From an uncultured Acidobacteriota bacterium (GTDB lineage: Bacteria; Acidobacteriota; Vicinamibacteria; Fen-336): a stretch of DNA of 64,000 nucleotides. A model generated the notes under the pieces. The model saw nothing but the letters and a program-made list of their open reading frames with translations, made no database searches and was not told where the DNA came from. The translations under genes were made by a program, and so were the position numbers. The DNA lies in NCBI GenBank assembly GCA_963720545.1, contig OY970399.1:2240001-2304000 (forward strand). The letters are read 5' to 3'. Numbering within the stretch: position 1 is the first letter of the stretch; each line of letters opens with the position of its first letter. Positions 1-10,581 of the stretch are shown piece after piece.

Positions 1-2
1 TC

Positions 3-329
3 GACGACGCCGAGGGCGAGACCCTGCTGGCCCTCGAGACCATCCTGCAGCGCATCGCCGGCCGCTGCGGCGAGACGGCGCGGGTGGTGGTCGCCAACCC
101 GGCGCGCAAGTCGGTGCGCGAAGCTTCCCTCACCGCCGAAGCGCTGCGCCTCGCGCAGGACGTCAAGGAGCGAGGCCTGCCGCGGATGATGCCGCCGCTC
201 AATTCCTACGAGCGGCGTGTGGTGCACATGGTGCTGTCGCAGGTCGAGGGCATCAAGACCTACAGCGTCGGCGATGGCATGGAGCGCCGCCTGACGATCG
301 CGCTCAGCTCGGAAAACACCGCCGAGTGA
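3..329 (+). CDS. jag: Jag/EloR (KhpB) RNA-binding protein, C-terminal part (end of KH plus R3H domain); 5'-truncated by window edge
   Basis: Frame open from position 3. R3H motif PPLNSYERRVVH...TYSVGDG.ERRL; lies directly upstream of rsmG/parAB as in origin-proximal clusters. Confidence 0.85.
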   Translation, partial: DDAEGETLLALETILQRIAGRCGETARVVVANPARKSVREASLTAEALRLAQDVKERGLPRMMPPLNSYERRVVHMVLSQVEGIKTYSVGDGMERRLTIALSSENTAE

Positions 330-895
330 AGCCGCCGGTCCCGGGCCACCAGGAGGCCCTGGCCGCTGCGGGACTGTCCGCGGGCGCCACCGCGGCACTG
401 GCACCCTACCTCGACCTGCTGGCGCGCTGGTCGCGGCGCGTCAACCTCACCGCCGCCGCAACCCCCGAGGAGCGTGTCGCCCTGCTGGTGGCGCCGGTGG
501 CGCCCCTGGCCACGGCGCTGCAGCCGGGCCGCCTCCTCGACATCGGTTCGGGCAACGGCTCGCCGGGGCTGGTGCTGGCGCTGCTGCGGCCCGACGTGCA
601 GGCGACCCTGCTCGAGCCGCGCACCCGCCGCTGGGCGTTCCTGCGCGAGGCGGCGCGCGCCTGCGGCCGCGGCGACATCGAGGTGCGCCCGTGGCGCCAC
701 GACGCCTGGCGCGGGCCGGCCTGCGCCAACGTCACCATCCGCGCCCTGGCGCTGCCGTTGCCAGCGCTGCTTGGGTTTCTGGCGCCCGAGGGTCAGCTGC
801 TCGTGTGGGGCGAGGCACCCACGGGCCCTGCCGGCCGCGAACTCGACCACGCCGAGCTGGTGGTCGCCGGCCGCCGCGTGCATCGTTACCGCTGA
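326..895 (+). CDS. rsmG: 16S rRNA m7G527 methyltransferase RsmG (GidB)
   Basis: YLDLLARWSRRVNLT, SAM motif LLDIGSGNGSPGL, LLEPRTRRWAFL; GTG start overlaps jag stop; precedes parA. Confidence 0.85.
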   Translation: MKPPVPGHQEALAAAGLSAGATAALAPYLDLLARWSRRVNLTAAATPEERVALLVAPVAPLATALQPGRLLDIGSGNGSPGLVLALLRPDVQATLLEPRTRRWAFLREAARACGRGDIEVRPWRHDAWRGPACANVTIRALALPLPALLGFLAPEGQLLVWGEAPTGPAGRELDHAELVVAGRRVHRYR

Positions 896-896
896 A

Positions 897-912
897 TGTT
901 TCCCGTGGAACA
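897..912. promoter_or_regulatory. parS site (variant) TGTTTCCCGTGGAACA
   Basis: 16-bp near-palindrome, 2 mismatches to consensus TGTTTCACGTGAAACA, upstream of parAB. Confidence 0.75.
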
Positions 913-935
913 CCGGCGCCGGCCGCCAGCCAGTC

Positions 936-951
936 TGTTTCACGTGAAACA
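936..951. promoter_or_regulatory. parS site (perfect consensus) TGTTTCACGTGAAACA
   Basis: Perfect 16-bp palindrome identical to the canonical chromosomal parS. Confidence 0.95.
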
Positions 952-1089
952 GCCTGAATTACGAATACATACTAAACATAAAGCGTTTACGTTGGCGCCC
1001 GTTCAAGCCCTGCGGACCGCCGCGCGTGGTATCCTCCCGCCCCGCAACAGACGCCGTGGCGGCAGCTAAGGGAGAGCAGAACCGCGACC

Positions 1090-1848
1090 GTGGGCCGGAT
1101 CATCGCCGTGGCGAACCAGAAGGGTGGCGTCGGCAAGACCACGACCACCATCAACCTGGCCGCGAGCCTCGCCGTCGCCGAGAAGCGCGTGCTCGTGATC
1201 GACGCCGACCCGCAGGGCAACCTCACCTCGGGGCTCGGCAAGCGCACCAGGGACCCGCGCCAGAGCCTCTACGAAGTGCTGATCGACGGCGCCGCGATCG
1301 ACCACGTGATCCTGCCGACCGAGCTCGAGTTCCTGTGGCTGGTGCCCGCCGACCGCAACCTCACCGGGTGCGAGGTCGAGCTGGTGTCGGTCGAGCGCCG
1401 CGAATTCGCGCTCAGCCAGGCGCTTGCACCGCTCGCGCCGCGCTACGACTTCATCTTCATCGACTGTCCGCCGAGCCTCGGCCTCCTGACGCTGAACGCG
1501 CTGGTCGCCGCCGACTCGGTGCTGGTACCCTTGCAGGCCGAATACTTCGCCCTCGAGGGAATCACCGAGCTCATGTCGACGACGGCGCGCGTGACGGAGA
1601 GCCTCAACCCCAATCTCAGAATCGAGGGCGTGGTGCTCACCATGACCGACGAGCGCACCAACCTCACGCAGCAGGTGACGAGCGAGATCCGCGCGCACTT
1701 CAAGGACAAGGTGTTCAAGACGGTCATCCCGCGCAGCATCCGCCTGGGTGAGGCGCCGTCCTTCGGCAAGCCGATCGTCCTCTACGACATCCGCTCGCGC
1801 GGCGCGCAGGCCTATCTCGAGCTCGCCCGGGAGATGCTGCGGCGATGA
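1090..1848 (+). CDS. parA: Chromosome partitioning ATPase ParA/Soj
   Basis: Deviant Walker A NQKGGVGKTTT, DADPQGN, IDCPPSLG, EAPSFGKP. Confidence 0.96.
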   Translation: MGRIIAVANQKGGVGKTTTTINLAASLAVAEKRVLVIDADPQGNLTSGLGKRTRDPRQSLYEVLIDGAAIDHVILPTELEFLWLVPADRNLTGCEVELVSVERREFALSQALAPLAPRYDFIFIDCPPSLGLLTLNALVAADSVLVPLQAEYFALEGITELMSTTARVTESLNPNLRIEGVVLTMTDERTNLTQQVTSEIRAHFKDKVFKTVIPRSIRLGEAPSFGKPIVLYDIRSRGAQAYLELAREMLRR

Positions 1849-2702
1849 AGAGGAAGGCGCTCGGCAAGGGACTCTCGGCGCTGCTTGGCGACACGGCACA
1901 GCAAACGGCGCCGGCCACCGGCACCCTCGACGTGCCGGTCGAAAGCCTCGAGCCCAACCCGCAGCAGCCGCGCACCGTCTGGGATGCGGCGCGCATCGAG
2001 GAGATGGCGGCGTCGATCCGCGCCACCGGCATCATCCAGCCGATCCTGGTGCGGCGTCGCGCCAACGGGCGCTACCAGATCGTCGCCGGCGAGCGCCGCT
2101 GGCGCGCGGCCCAGGCCGCGGGGCTGCGCACCGTGCCGGTCGCCGTGCGCGAGGTCGCGGACGACCGGCTGCTGGAGCTGGCGCTGGTCGAGAACATCCA
2201 GCGCGAGGAGCTGTCGGCACTCGAGGAAGCGCAGGCGTTCCAGCGGCTGCAGGAAGACTTCCACCTCACGCAGGAAGAGGTGGCGAAGCGCGTCGGCCGC
2301 GAGCGCTCGACGGTCGCCAACACCATCAGGCTGCTGCGCCTGCCGCGCAGCGTGCGCGACCTGCTGGCCGGGGGGGCGATCGAGGCGGGTCATGCCCGCG
2401 CCCTGCTGGCGCTCGACAAGGCCGAGGAGCAGATTGCGCTCGGCCGGGAAGCGGCGGAGAAAGCGCTCTCGGTCCGCGAGGTGGAACGCCGCGTGGCCGA
2501 ACGCCGCGGCGGACCGCGCAAGCGCCAGCTGCCGAAAAAGGACCCGAACACGCGCGCCGCCGAAGAGCGGCTGCGCGCAGCACTCGGCGCCCGTGTCGAG
2601 ATCAGGCGGCGCGGCAAGGCCGGCATGATCCAGGTCGCCTTCATGGGCGAGGAGGAACTCAACAGGCTCTACGAACTGCTCCTGCGCAAGGCCAAGGCGT
2701 AG
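1845..2702 (+). CDS. parB: Chromosome partitioning CTPase ParB/Spo0J
   Basis: N-terminal KALGKGLSALL ParA-activating peptide, GERRWRA motif, ENIQRE, HTH TQEEVAKRVGRERSTVANTIRLL. Confidence 0.96.
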   Translation: MKRKALGKGLSALLGDTAQQTAPATGTLDVPVESLEPNPQQPRTVWDAARIEEMAASIRATGIIQPILVRRRANGRYQIVAGERRWRAAQAAGLRTVPVAVREVADDRLLELALVENIQREELSALEEAQAFQRLQEDFHLTQEEVAKRVGRERSTVANTIRLLRLPRSVRDLLAGGAIEAGHARALLALDKAEEQIALGREAAEKALSVREVERRVAERRGGPRKRQLPKKDPNTRAAEERLRAALGARVEIRRRGKAGMIQVAFMGEEELNRLYELLLRKAKA

Positions 2703-2732
2703 GATCGGCTCTTCAGGGGTAGTGAAGGCGGC

Positions 2733-3131
2733 ATGCACATGCGATTCAAGACCGTGGCGAACGACGACCTCAACGGCTTCCTCGACGAGACCACCGAGAT
2801 CATCGGCGAGCTGCGTTTCAGGAACACCTTCCGCGTCGACGGCCGCATCAAGGGCAAGGTGGTGTCGCAGGCGGCGCTCATCGTCGGCGAAAAGGCGACC
2901 ATCGACGCCGACCTCGACTGCGGCACGGTTTCGATCCGCGGCCGCGTCAACGGCCACGTCACCGGCCGCGAGCGCATCGAGGTTTTGGCCGGCGCGCAGG
3001 TGCGCGGGCACCTCAGCTCGCCGCGCCTCATCATCGAGGAGGGCGCTTTCTTCGAGGGGGAGTGCGACATGGGCGCGCCGCCCATGAAGGGCGAGGTCAT
3101 CCGCCTGCCGCAGCCGCCGCGCCAGGCATAA
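2733..3131 (+). CDS. Bactofilin (polymer-forming cytoskeletal protein)
   Basis: Beta-helix pattern IIGELRF..FRVDGRIKGKV...IRGRVNGHV...VRGHL....LIIEEGAFFEGEC; start may be 2739. Confidence 0.9.
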   Translation: MHMRFKTVANDDLNGFLDETTEIIGELRFRNTFRVDGRIKGKVVSQAALIVGEKATIDADLDCGTVSIRGRVNGHVTGRERIEVLAGAQVRGHLSSPRLIIEEGAFFEGECDMGAPPMKGEVIRLPQPPRQA

Positions 3132-3137
3132 GGCCCA

Positions 3138-4193
3138 ATGGCGACGCCAACGACAACGTCCGTCGCACCGCAGAAACCCCTGCGCCTCACGGAATTCGCC
3201 GCGTGCGGCGGCTGCGCCAGCAAGCTCGGCCCCGCCGAGTTGCGCGCCATCCTCCAGGACCTGCCGCGCGCCGACAACGACAACGTACTGGTCGACTACC
3301 GCACCGGCGACGACGCCGGCATCTACCGCCTCGACGCGGAGCGCTACCTGGTGCAGACCGTCGACTTCTTCACGCCGATCGTCGACGATCCCGAGGACTA
3401 CGGCGCCATCGCCGCGGCCAATGCGCTCTCGGACGTGTACGCGATGGGCGGCCTGCCGCTGTCGGCGCTCTCGATCGCGGCGCTGCCCACGGACGGCCTG
3501 CCACACGAGGCGGCCGCCGCCATCTTCCGCGGCGGCGCCAACAAGCTTCTGGCCGCCAACTGCGCGCTGCTCGGCGGCCACACGGTGCGCGATCCCGAGA
3601 TCAAGTTCGGCTACGCCGTCACCGGCCTGGTCAGCGCCGCGCAACTGATGACGAATGCCGCCGGCCGCGCCGGCGACGTGCTGGTGCTCACCAAGGCGCT
3701 GGGCACCGGCATCATCGCCACCGCGCTCAAGGCGGGCCGCGCCGACGCGGCAGCGGTGCGCGCCGCAACCGCTTCGATGACCCAGCTGAACCGCATCGCC
3801 TCGGTGGTCGCGACCCGGGCGGCGGTGAAATGCGCGACCGACGTCACCGGCTTCAGCCTCATGGGCCACGCGTTCAATATCGCCCGCGAGAGCTCGCTCA
3901 CCCTGCGCTTCGATGCGGCGCAGCTGCCGCTCCTGCCCGGCGCTCTCGAACTGGCGCCGACCTCGGAGTCGCGAGGACTGAAGTCGAATCGCGCCACCTT
4001 TGCGCCGCAGGTCGCCTTCGAAGACGGGTTCGACCCGCGGCTCGAGCCGATCCTCTTCGACCCGCAGACCTCGGGCGGCCTGCTGTTGCTGGTGCCCGGG
4101 GCGCAGGTCGAGGCGCTGCTGGCCGAGCTGCCCAACGCGCGCGTCGTTGGTGTGGCCGAGGAGCGCGGCGAACGCGCGCTGGCGGTGCGCTGA
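3138..4193 (+). CDS. selD: Selenide, water dikinase (selenophosphate synthetase), Cys form
   Basis: RLTEFAACGGCASKL, DDAGIY, QTVDFFTPIVDDP, AANALSDVYAMGG, TDVTGF, DPQTSGGLL. Confidence 0.95.
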   Translation: MATPTTTSVAPQKPLRLTEFAACGGCASKLGPAELRAILQDLPRADNDNVLVDYRTGDDAGIYRLDAERYLVQTVDFFTPIVDDPEDYGAIAAANALSDVYAMGGLPLSALSIAALPTDGLPHEAAAAIFRGGANKLLAANCALLGGHTVRDPEIKFGYAVTGLVSAAQLMTNAAGRAGDVLVLTKALGTGIIATALKAGRADAAAVRAATASMTQLNRIASVVATRAAVKCATDVTGFSLMGHAFNIARESSLTLRFDAAQLPLLPGALELAPTSESRGLKSNRATFAPQVAFEDGFDPRLEPILFDPQTSGGLLLLVPGAQVEALLAELPNARVVGVAEERGERALAVR

Positions 4194-5564
4194 CTAGCTG
4201 AGCGCGCGGATCACGTCGGAGCGCGTGATGATGTAGATCGCGTCGCTCTTGAAGTCGCGCACCAGCACCGCCGGCGAATCGGGGGTGAGCATGCTCGCCA
4301 GCGCGTCGACGCTGGTCTGGATGTCGGCGAACGGGAAGGCGTGCTCCATGATCGCCTCGACCGGCCCTTTCGCGACCTCGGGGTCGCGCACGATCTCGGC
4401 GTAGAGGTGCCCTTCGCTGAGCGAACCCACGAGCCGCCCGTCGGCGGTCACCGGGATCTGCGAGTAGTCGTTTTCCTCCATCAGCTGCGCCACCCGCGCC
4501 ACCTTCTCGGTGCGCTCGACGGTGACGAGAGGCGCGCTGCGCCGGCGCGCCACCAGGTCGCGCGCGGTCAGGCCCAGCCGGTCGAGGAAGCCCTTCTCGC
4601 GCATCCAGTCGTCGTTGAACATCTTGCCGAGGTAGCGGGTGCCGTGATCGTGGAACACCACCACCACGGTCTCGCCCGCCTTGAAGTTGTCGGCGAGCTG
4701 CAGGAGGCCGGCGAGCGCCGCGCCCGCGGAGTTGCCGGCGAAGATGCCCTCCTCGCGGCAGATCCGCCGCGTCATGATTGCGGCGTCGCGGTCGGTGACC
4801 TTCTCGAAGTGGTCGATGAGCGAGAAGTCGATGTTCTTCGGCAGGAAATCCTCGCCGATGCCTTCGGTGACGTACGGGTAGATCTCGTTCTTGTCGAGGA
4901 TTCCCGTCTCCTTGTACTTCTTGAGCACCGAGCCGTAGCTGTCGATGCCCCAGGCGCGCACCGCGGGTTTCTTCTCCTTCAGGAAGCGGGCGATGCCGCT
5001 GATGGTGCCGCCGGTGCCGACGCCGACCACCAGGTGGTCGACGCTGCCGTCCGTCTGCTCCCAGATCTCGGGCCCGGTCTGCTCGTAGTGCGCTTCCTGG
5101 TTCGAGAGGTTGTCGTACTGGTTCGCCTTCCACGCGTTGTGCGTCTCGCGCTCGAGGCGCGAGGAAACCGAGTAATAGGAACGCGGGTCCTCCGGCTCGA
5201 CGTCGGTGGGGCAGACGACCACCTCGGCGCCGAACGCGCGCAGCGCGTCGACTTTCTCCTTCGACTGCTTGTCGGTGGTCGCGAAGATGCAGTGATAGCC
5301 CTTCACCACGGCGGCGATGGCGAGGCCCATGCCGGTGTTGCCCGAAGTGCCCTCGATGATGGTGCCGCCCGGCCGCAGTTTTCCGGCGGCCTCGGCATCG
5401 GCGATCATCTTGATCGCCATGCGGTCCTTGATGGAGTTGCCGGGATTCGTGGTCTCCACTTTGGCCAGCACCCGCGCCGCCACGATGCCGCGCGGAATCG
5501 CGTTCAGCTGCACCAGCGGAGTGTTGCCGATGGCCTCCAGAATGTTGTTGCAGATCTTGGGCAT
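4194..5564 (-). CDS. cbs: Cystathionine beta-synthase-like PLP enzyme with C-terminal CBS pair
   Basis: IGNTPLV, PLP lysine in NPGNSIKDR, EGTSGNTG, GVGTGGT, C-terminal Bateman module. Start taken at ATG 5564 (MPKICNN). Confidence 0.9.
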   Translation of the reverse strand: MPKICNNILEAIGNTPLVQLNAIPRGIVAARVLAKVETTNPGNSIKDRMAIKMIADAEAAGKLRPGGTIIEGTSGNTGMGLAIAAVVKGYHCIFATTDKQSKEKVDALRAFGAEVVVCPTDVEPEDPRSYYSVSSRLERETHNAWKANQYDNLSNQEAHYEQTGPEIWEQTDGSVDHLVVGVGTGGTISGIARFLKEKKPAVRAWGIDSYGSVLKKYKETGILDKNEIYPYVTEGIGEDFLPKNIDFSLIDHFEKVTDRDAAIMTRRICREEGIFAGNSAGAALAGLLQLADNFKAGETVVVVFHDHGTRYLGKMFNDDWMREKGFLDRLGLTARDLVARRRSAPLVTVERTEKVARVAQLMEENDYSQIPVTADGRLVGSLSEGHLYAEIVRDPEVAKGPVEAIMEHAFPFADIQTSVDALASMLTPDSPAVLVRDFKSDAIYIITRSDVIRALS

Positions 5565-5603
5565 ACGCGTCGCCACGCAGTTTACTCCGGCGCTTTTGTG
5601 TCT

Positions 5604-5632
5604 TTGACCGCTTCCGCCACGCGTGCTAGATT
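5604..5632 (+). promoter_or_regulatory. Putative sigma70 promoter of the atpHAGDC operon
   Basis: TTGACC-17 bp-TAGATT with TG extension, 46 nt upstream of the atpH ATG. Confidence 0.55.
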
Positions 5633-5678
5633 TCGACGCGTTCTCCGCCGCGGGAAGCAACCTAAGCAAAGCAAATCC

Positions 5679-6233
5679 ATGAAGAAAAACGCTCCGGCGG
5701 CGGCCCGCCGCTACGCTCGCGCCCTGTTCGAAGCAGCCCAGGCCCGGGGTGCTGGCGCAGCCGAGTCCGTGAACCAGACGCTGAAGCCGCTGGCGGCGTT
5801 GCTGCGCGCGAACCGCGAACTCTCCGCGGTGCTCGCCGATCCCACCGTGGCAGGAGCCGCGAAGAAAAAAATCCTGCGCGCTGTCGCCAGCGACGGCGGC
5901 GAGTCCCTGGCGCTGCAATTTCTCGACATCCTCATCGACCAGGGCCGCAGCGTCGACGCGCCCGCGGTCGCCGACGCGTTCGAGGACCAGCTGTTCGCGA
6001 GCCGCAACATCGCGCGCGCGCGCGTGGTGTCGGCCGCGCCGCTCGCCGCGGGCGAACTAGCGGCGCTGGTCGCCGCGCTCGAAAAACTCACCGGCAAGGG
6101 CGTCGCGGTCGAACCCCGCGTCGATGCCGCGCTGGTCGGCGGAATCGTCGTCAGCATCGCCGGCCTCACCTACGACGGCAGCGTCCAGGCGCAACTGCGC
6201 GCCCTGCGCACGCGGCTATCGGGACACGCCTAA
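5679..6233 (+). CDS. atpH: ATP synthase F1 delta subunit
   Basis: AARRYARALFE, ARVVSAAPL, VDAALVGG, YDGSV; ATG at 5679 within the long ORF 4341..6233. Confidence 0.92.
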   Translation: MKKNAPAAARRYARALFEAAQARGAGAAESVNQTLKPLAALLRANRELSAVLADPTVAGAAKKKILRAVASDGGESLALQFLDILIDQGRSVDAPAVADAFEDQLFASRNIARARVVSAAPLAAGELAALVAALEKLTGKGVAVEPRVDAALVGGIVVSIAGLTYDGSVQAQLRALRTRLSGHA

Positions 6234-6260
6234 AAGCAGAAGGAAAGCGGAGCACCGAAG

Positions 6261-7781
6261 ATGGAGATTCGCGCCGAAGAGATCACCAGGATCATCCGCG
6301 AACAGCTTGGCGGGTTCGCGCCGGGAACGTCGGTGTCCGAGGAGGGCGAAGTGCTCTCGGTCGGCGACGGCATCGCCCGCATCCACGGCCTCGCGCGCTG
6401 CATGGCGGGGGAGCTGCTCGAGTTGCCGCACGGCGTCATGGGCATCGCCTTGAACCTCGAGGAAGACTCGGTCGGCGCCGTGCTCATGGGCGAGACCAGC
6501 GAAATCAAGCAAGGCGACAAGGTCAAGCGCAGCAAGCGCATCATGTCGATCCCGGTGGGCGAGGCCATGATCGGCCGCGTCGTCAACGCGCTCGGCCAGC
6601 CGATCGACGGCAAGGGCGAGATCAAGACCAGCGAGTTCAGCGAGATCGAGAAGATCGCGCCCGGCGTGGTCGAACGCCAGCCGGTGCGCGAGCCGCTCGA
6701 GACCGGCATCAAGCCGATCGACAGCATGGTCAACATCGGCCGCGGCCAGCGCGAGCTCTTGATCGGCGACCGCCAGACCGGCAAGACCGCGATCGCGATC
6801 GACACCATCATCAACCAGAAGGGCAAGGGCGTCGTCTGCATCTACGTCGCCATCGGCCAGAAGCGCTCGACCGTGGCGCAGGTGGTGCGCACGCTCGAGG
6901 AAGCGGACGCCATGCGCCACACGGTGGTGGTGAGCGCGACCGCGAGCGACCCGGCTCCGTTCCTCTACCTCGCACCCTTCTCCGGCACCGCCATCGGCGA
7001 ATACTTCCGCGACCGCAAGCAGCACGCGCTCTGCATCTACGACGACCTCTCGAAGCACGCCGCCGCCTACCGCGAGATCTCGCTGCTGCTGCGCCGCCCG
7101 CCGGGACGCGAGGCATACCCCGGCGACGTCTTCTACCTGCACAGCCGCCTGCTCGAGCGCGCCGCCAAGCTGAACGACGCGCGCGGCGCCGGCAGCCTCA
7201 CCTCGATCCCGATCATCGAGACCCAGGCGGGCGACATCTCCGCCTACATCCCGACCAACGTCATCTCGATCACCGACGGCCAGATCTTCCTCGAGGCCGA
7301 CCTCTTCAACTCGGGCATCCGTCCCGCCATCAACGTCGGCAACTCGGTGTCGCGCGTCGGCGGCTCGGCGCAGACCAAGGCCATGAAGGCGGTGGCCGGG
7401 CGCCTGCGCCTCGACCTCGCGCAGTACCGCGAGCTGGCCGCATTCGCGATGTTCGCCTCCGACCTCGACAAGTCGACCCAGGCGCAGCTCGCCAAGGGCC
7501 GGAGGCTCACCGAGATCCTGAAGCAGGACCAGTATTCGCCGCTGCCCGAAGCGAAGCAGGTGGCGATCATCTTCGCGGCGACCAACGGCTATCTCGACCC
7601 GGTGCCGGTCGAGCAGTGCGGCCGCTACGAGCGCGAGTTCCTGCCTTTCCTCGACACCCGCCGCCCGGAACTCCTCAAGGCGATCGCGGAAAAGAAGGAC
7701 ATCAAGGGCGAGCTCACCGACCAGCTGCACGCGGCGTGCAAGGAATTCGCCGAACTGTTCACGATCGAGACGAAGGAGTAG
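6261..7781 (+). CDS. atpA: ATP synthase F1 alpha subunit
   Basis: [32 protein letters not shown]. Confidence 0.99.
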   Translation: MEIRAEEITRIIREQLGGFAPGTSVSEEGEVLSVGDGIARIHGLARCMAGELLELPHGVMGIALNLEEDSVGAVLMGETSEIKQGDKVKRSKRIMSIPVGEAMIGRVVNALGQPIDGKGEIKTSEFSEIEKIAPGVVERQPVREPLETGIKPIDSMVNIGRGQRELLIGDRQTGKTAIAIDTIINQKGKGVVCIYVAIGQKRSTVAQVVRTLEEADAMRHTVVVSATASDPAPFLYLAPFSGTAIGEYFRDRKQHALCIYDDLSKHAAAYREISLLLRRPPGREAYPGDVFYLHSRLLERAAKLNDARGAGSLTSIPIIETQAGDISAYIPTNVISITDGQIFLEADLFNSGIRPAINVGNSVSRVGGSAQTKAMKAVAGRLRLDLAQYRELAAFAMFASDLDKSTQAQLAKGRRLTEILKQDQYSPLPEAKQVAIIFAATNGYLDPVPVEQCGRYEREFLPFLDTRRPELLKAIAEKKDIKGELTDQLHAACKEFAELFTIETKE

Positions 7782-7800
7782 GCGCACCAAGCGCGTTGCC

Positions 7801-8652
7801 ATGCCTGCCCTCGTCGACATCAGACGGCGCATCCGCACCGTCAAGAACACGCAGCAGATCACCAAGGCGCTGAAGATGGTGTCGGCCGCGAAGCTGCGGC
7901 GGGCCCAGGAGGCGATGTTCGCGGCGCGGCCCTACGCGCGCAGGCTGAGCGAGGTGCTCCAGGGCATCGCCACCCGCGGCGCGGCCGAGGCGCACCCGCT
8001 GCTGCGCGAGCGGCCGGAGCAGCGGGTCGCGGTCATCGTGGTGACGGCCGACAAGGGGCTCGCCGGCGGCTTCAACGCCAACATCATCCGCCGCGCCAAC
8101 GCCTTCCTCACGGAACACAAGGACCACGAGGTGAGCGTCGTGGCGGTCGGCCGCAAGGGCCGCGACTCGCTGCGCCGCCGCAAGGCCGCGTTCCGCTCCG
8201 AGCACATCGGCGCCTTTCAGACGCTGCGCTTCCGGACGGCGCAGGAGATCGCGGCACAGACGGTCGCCGCCTATGCCGCGGAAGAGCTGGACGCCGTGTA
8301 CCTCATCTTCAACGAGTTCAAGAGCGTCATCGCACAACGCATCGTGGTGGAGCGCCTGCTGCCGATTCCCAAGCTGGAGCAGCCCGCGCAGGCGCCGCTC
8401 GTCGAGTATCTCTACGAGCCGCGCGCCGCAGACATCTATGGCGCGCTCCTGCCCAAGTACGTCGAGATCAACATCTGGCGCGCACTCCTGGAATCGGCCG
8501 CCGCCGAGCACGGCGCGCGCATGGCGGCGATGGATTCGGCCACCAAGAACGCCTCGGAGACGATCGACAAGCTGACCTTGTACATGAACAAGGTCCGCCA
8601 GGCGGCGATCACCCGCGAGATCATCGAAGTCGTCTCGGGCGCAAGTTCATGA
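7801..8652 (+). CDS. atpG: ATP synthase F1 gamma subunit
   Basis: QITKALKMVSAAKL, DKGLAGGFN, RQAAITREIIEVVSGA. Confidence 0.98.
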   Translation: MPALVDIRRRIRTVKNTQQITKALKMVSAAKLRRAQEAMFAARPYARRLSEVLQGIATRGAAEAHPLLRERPEQRVAVIVVTADKGLAGGFNANIIRRANAFLTEHKDHEVSVVAVGRKGRDSLRRRKAAFRSEHIGAFQTLRFRTAQEIAAQTVAAYAAEELDAVYLIFNEFKSVIAQRIVVERLLPIPKLEQPAQAPLVEYLYEPRAADIYGALLPKYVEINIWRALLESAAAEHGARMAAMDSATKNASETIDKLTLYMNKVRQAAITREIIEVVSGASS

Positions 8653-8659
8653 GCGTTAA

Positions 8660-10117
<1,458 letters not shown>

Positions 10118-10120
10118 GCC

Positions 10121-10537
10121 ATGGCCGACCAGGCGCTGCCGACCAAGCTGCATCTCGAGGTGGTGACGCCCGAGGGCCTGCTGGTGCAGGCGGACGTCGA
10201 CTCGGTGAAGGCGCCGGGCTCGGAGGGTTACTTCGGCGTGCTGCCCGGCCACACGCCGCTGCTCGCCACGCTCGGCGTCGGCGTCATCAGCTACGTGCAG
10301 GGTGGCAGCGAGCGGCGCCTCACCTGTTTCTGGGGCTTTTGCGAAGTGCTGCCCGACCGCGTCAGCATCCTTGCCGAGATCGGCGAACGCGCCGAAGACA
10401 TCGACGCCGGCCGCGCCGAGGAAGCCAAGGCGCGCGCCGAGGCGCAGCTGAAGCAGCTGCGCGGCGAAGCCGGCTACGCCGAAGCGCAGGACGCATACCA
10501 GAAGGCGGTCACGCGGCTCGCGGCCGCGCGCAGGTAG
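10121..10537 (+). CDS. atpC: ATP synthase F1 epsilon subunit
   Basis: LEVVTPE, GYFGVLPGHTP, EDIDAGRAEEAKARAE. Confidence 0.96.
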   Translation: MADQALPTKLHLEVVTPEGLLVQADVDSVKAPGSEGYFGVLPGHTPLLATLGVGVISYVQGGSERRLTCFWGFCEVLPDRVSILAEIGERAEDIDAGRAEEAKARAEAQLKQLRGEAGYAEAQDAYQKAVTRLAAARR

Positions 10538-10581
10538 GGCTGCAGCCGCTGCGCCGATAGCGCTCTAAAGTAGTCGCATCC

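Noticed and set aside
952..1089. oriC in the AT-rich patch beside parS
   Set aside because: No DnaA boxes (TTATCCACA-like) were seen and the patch is short; it is more likely the parAB promoter.
3195..3230. Possible selenocysteine codon in the selD active site
   Set aside because: Both Cys codons are TGC; there is no in-frame TGA.
5565..5678. SAM riboswitch or other leader upstream of cbs
   Set aside because: The 114-nt divergent gap has no recognisable aptamer motifs.
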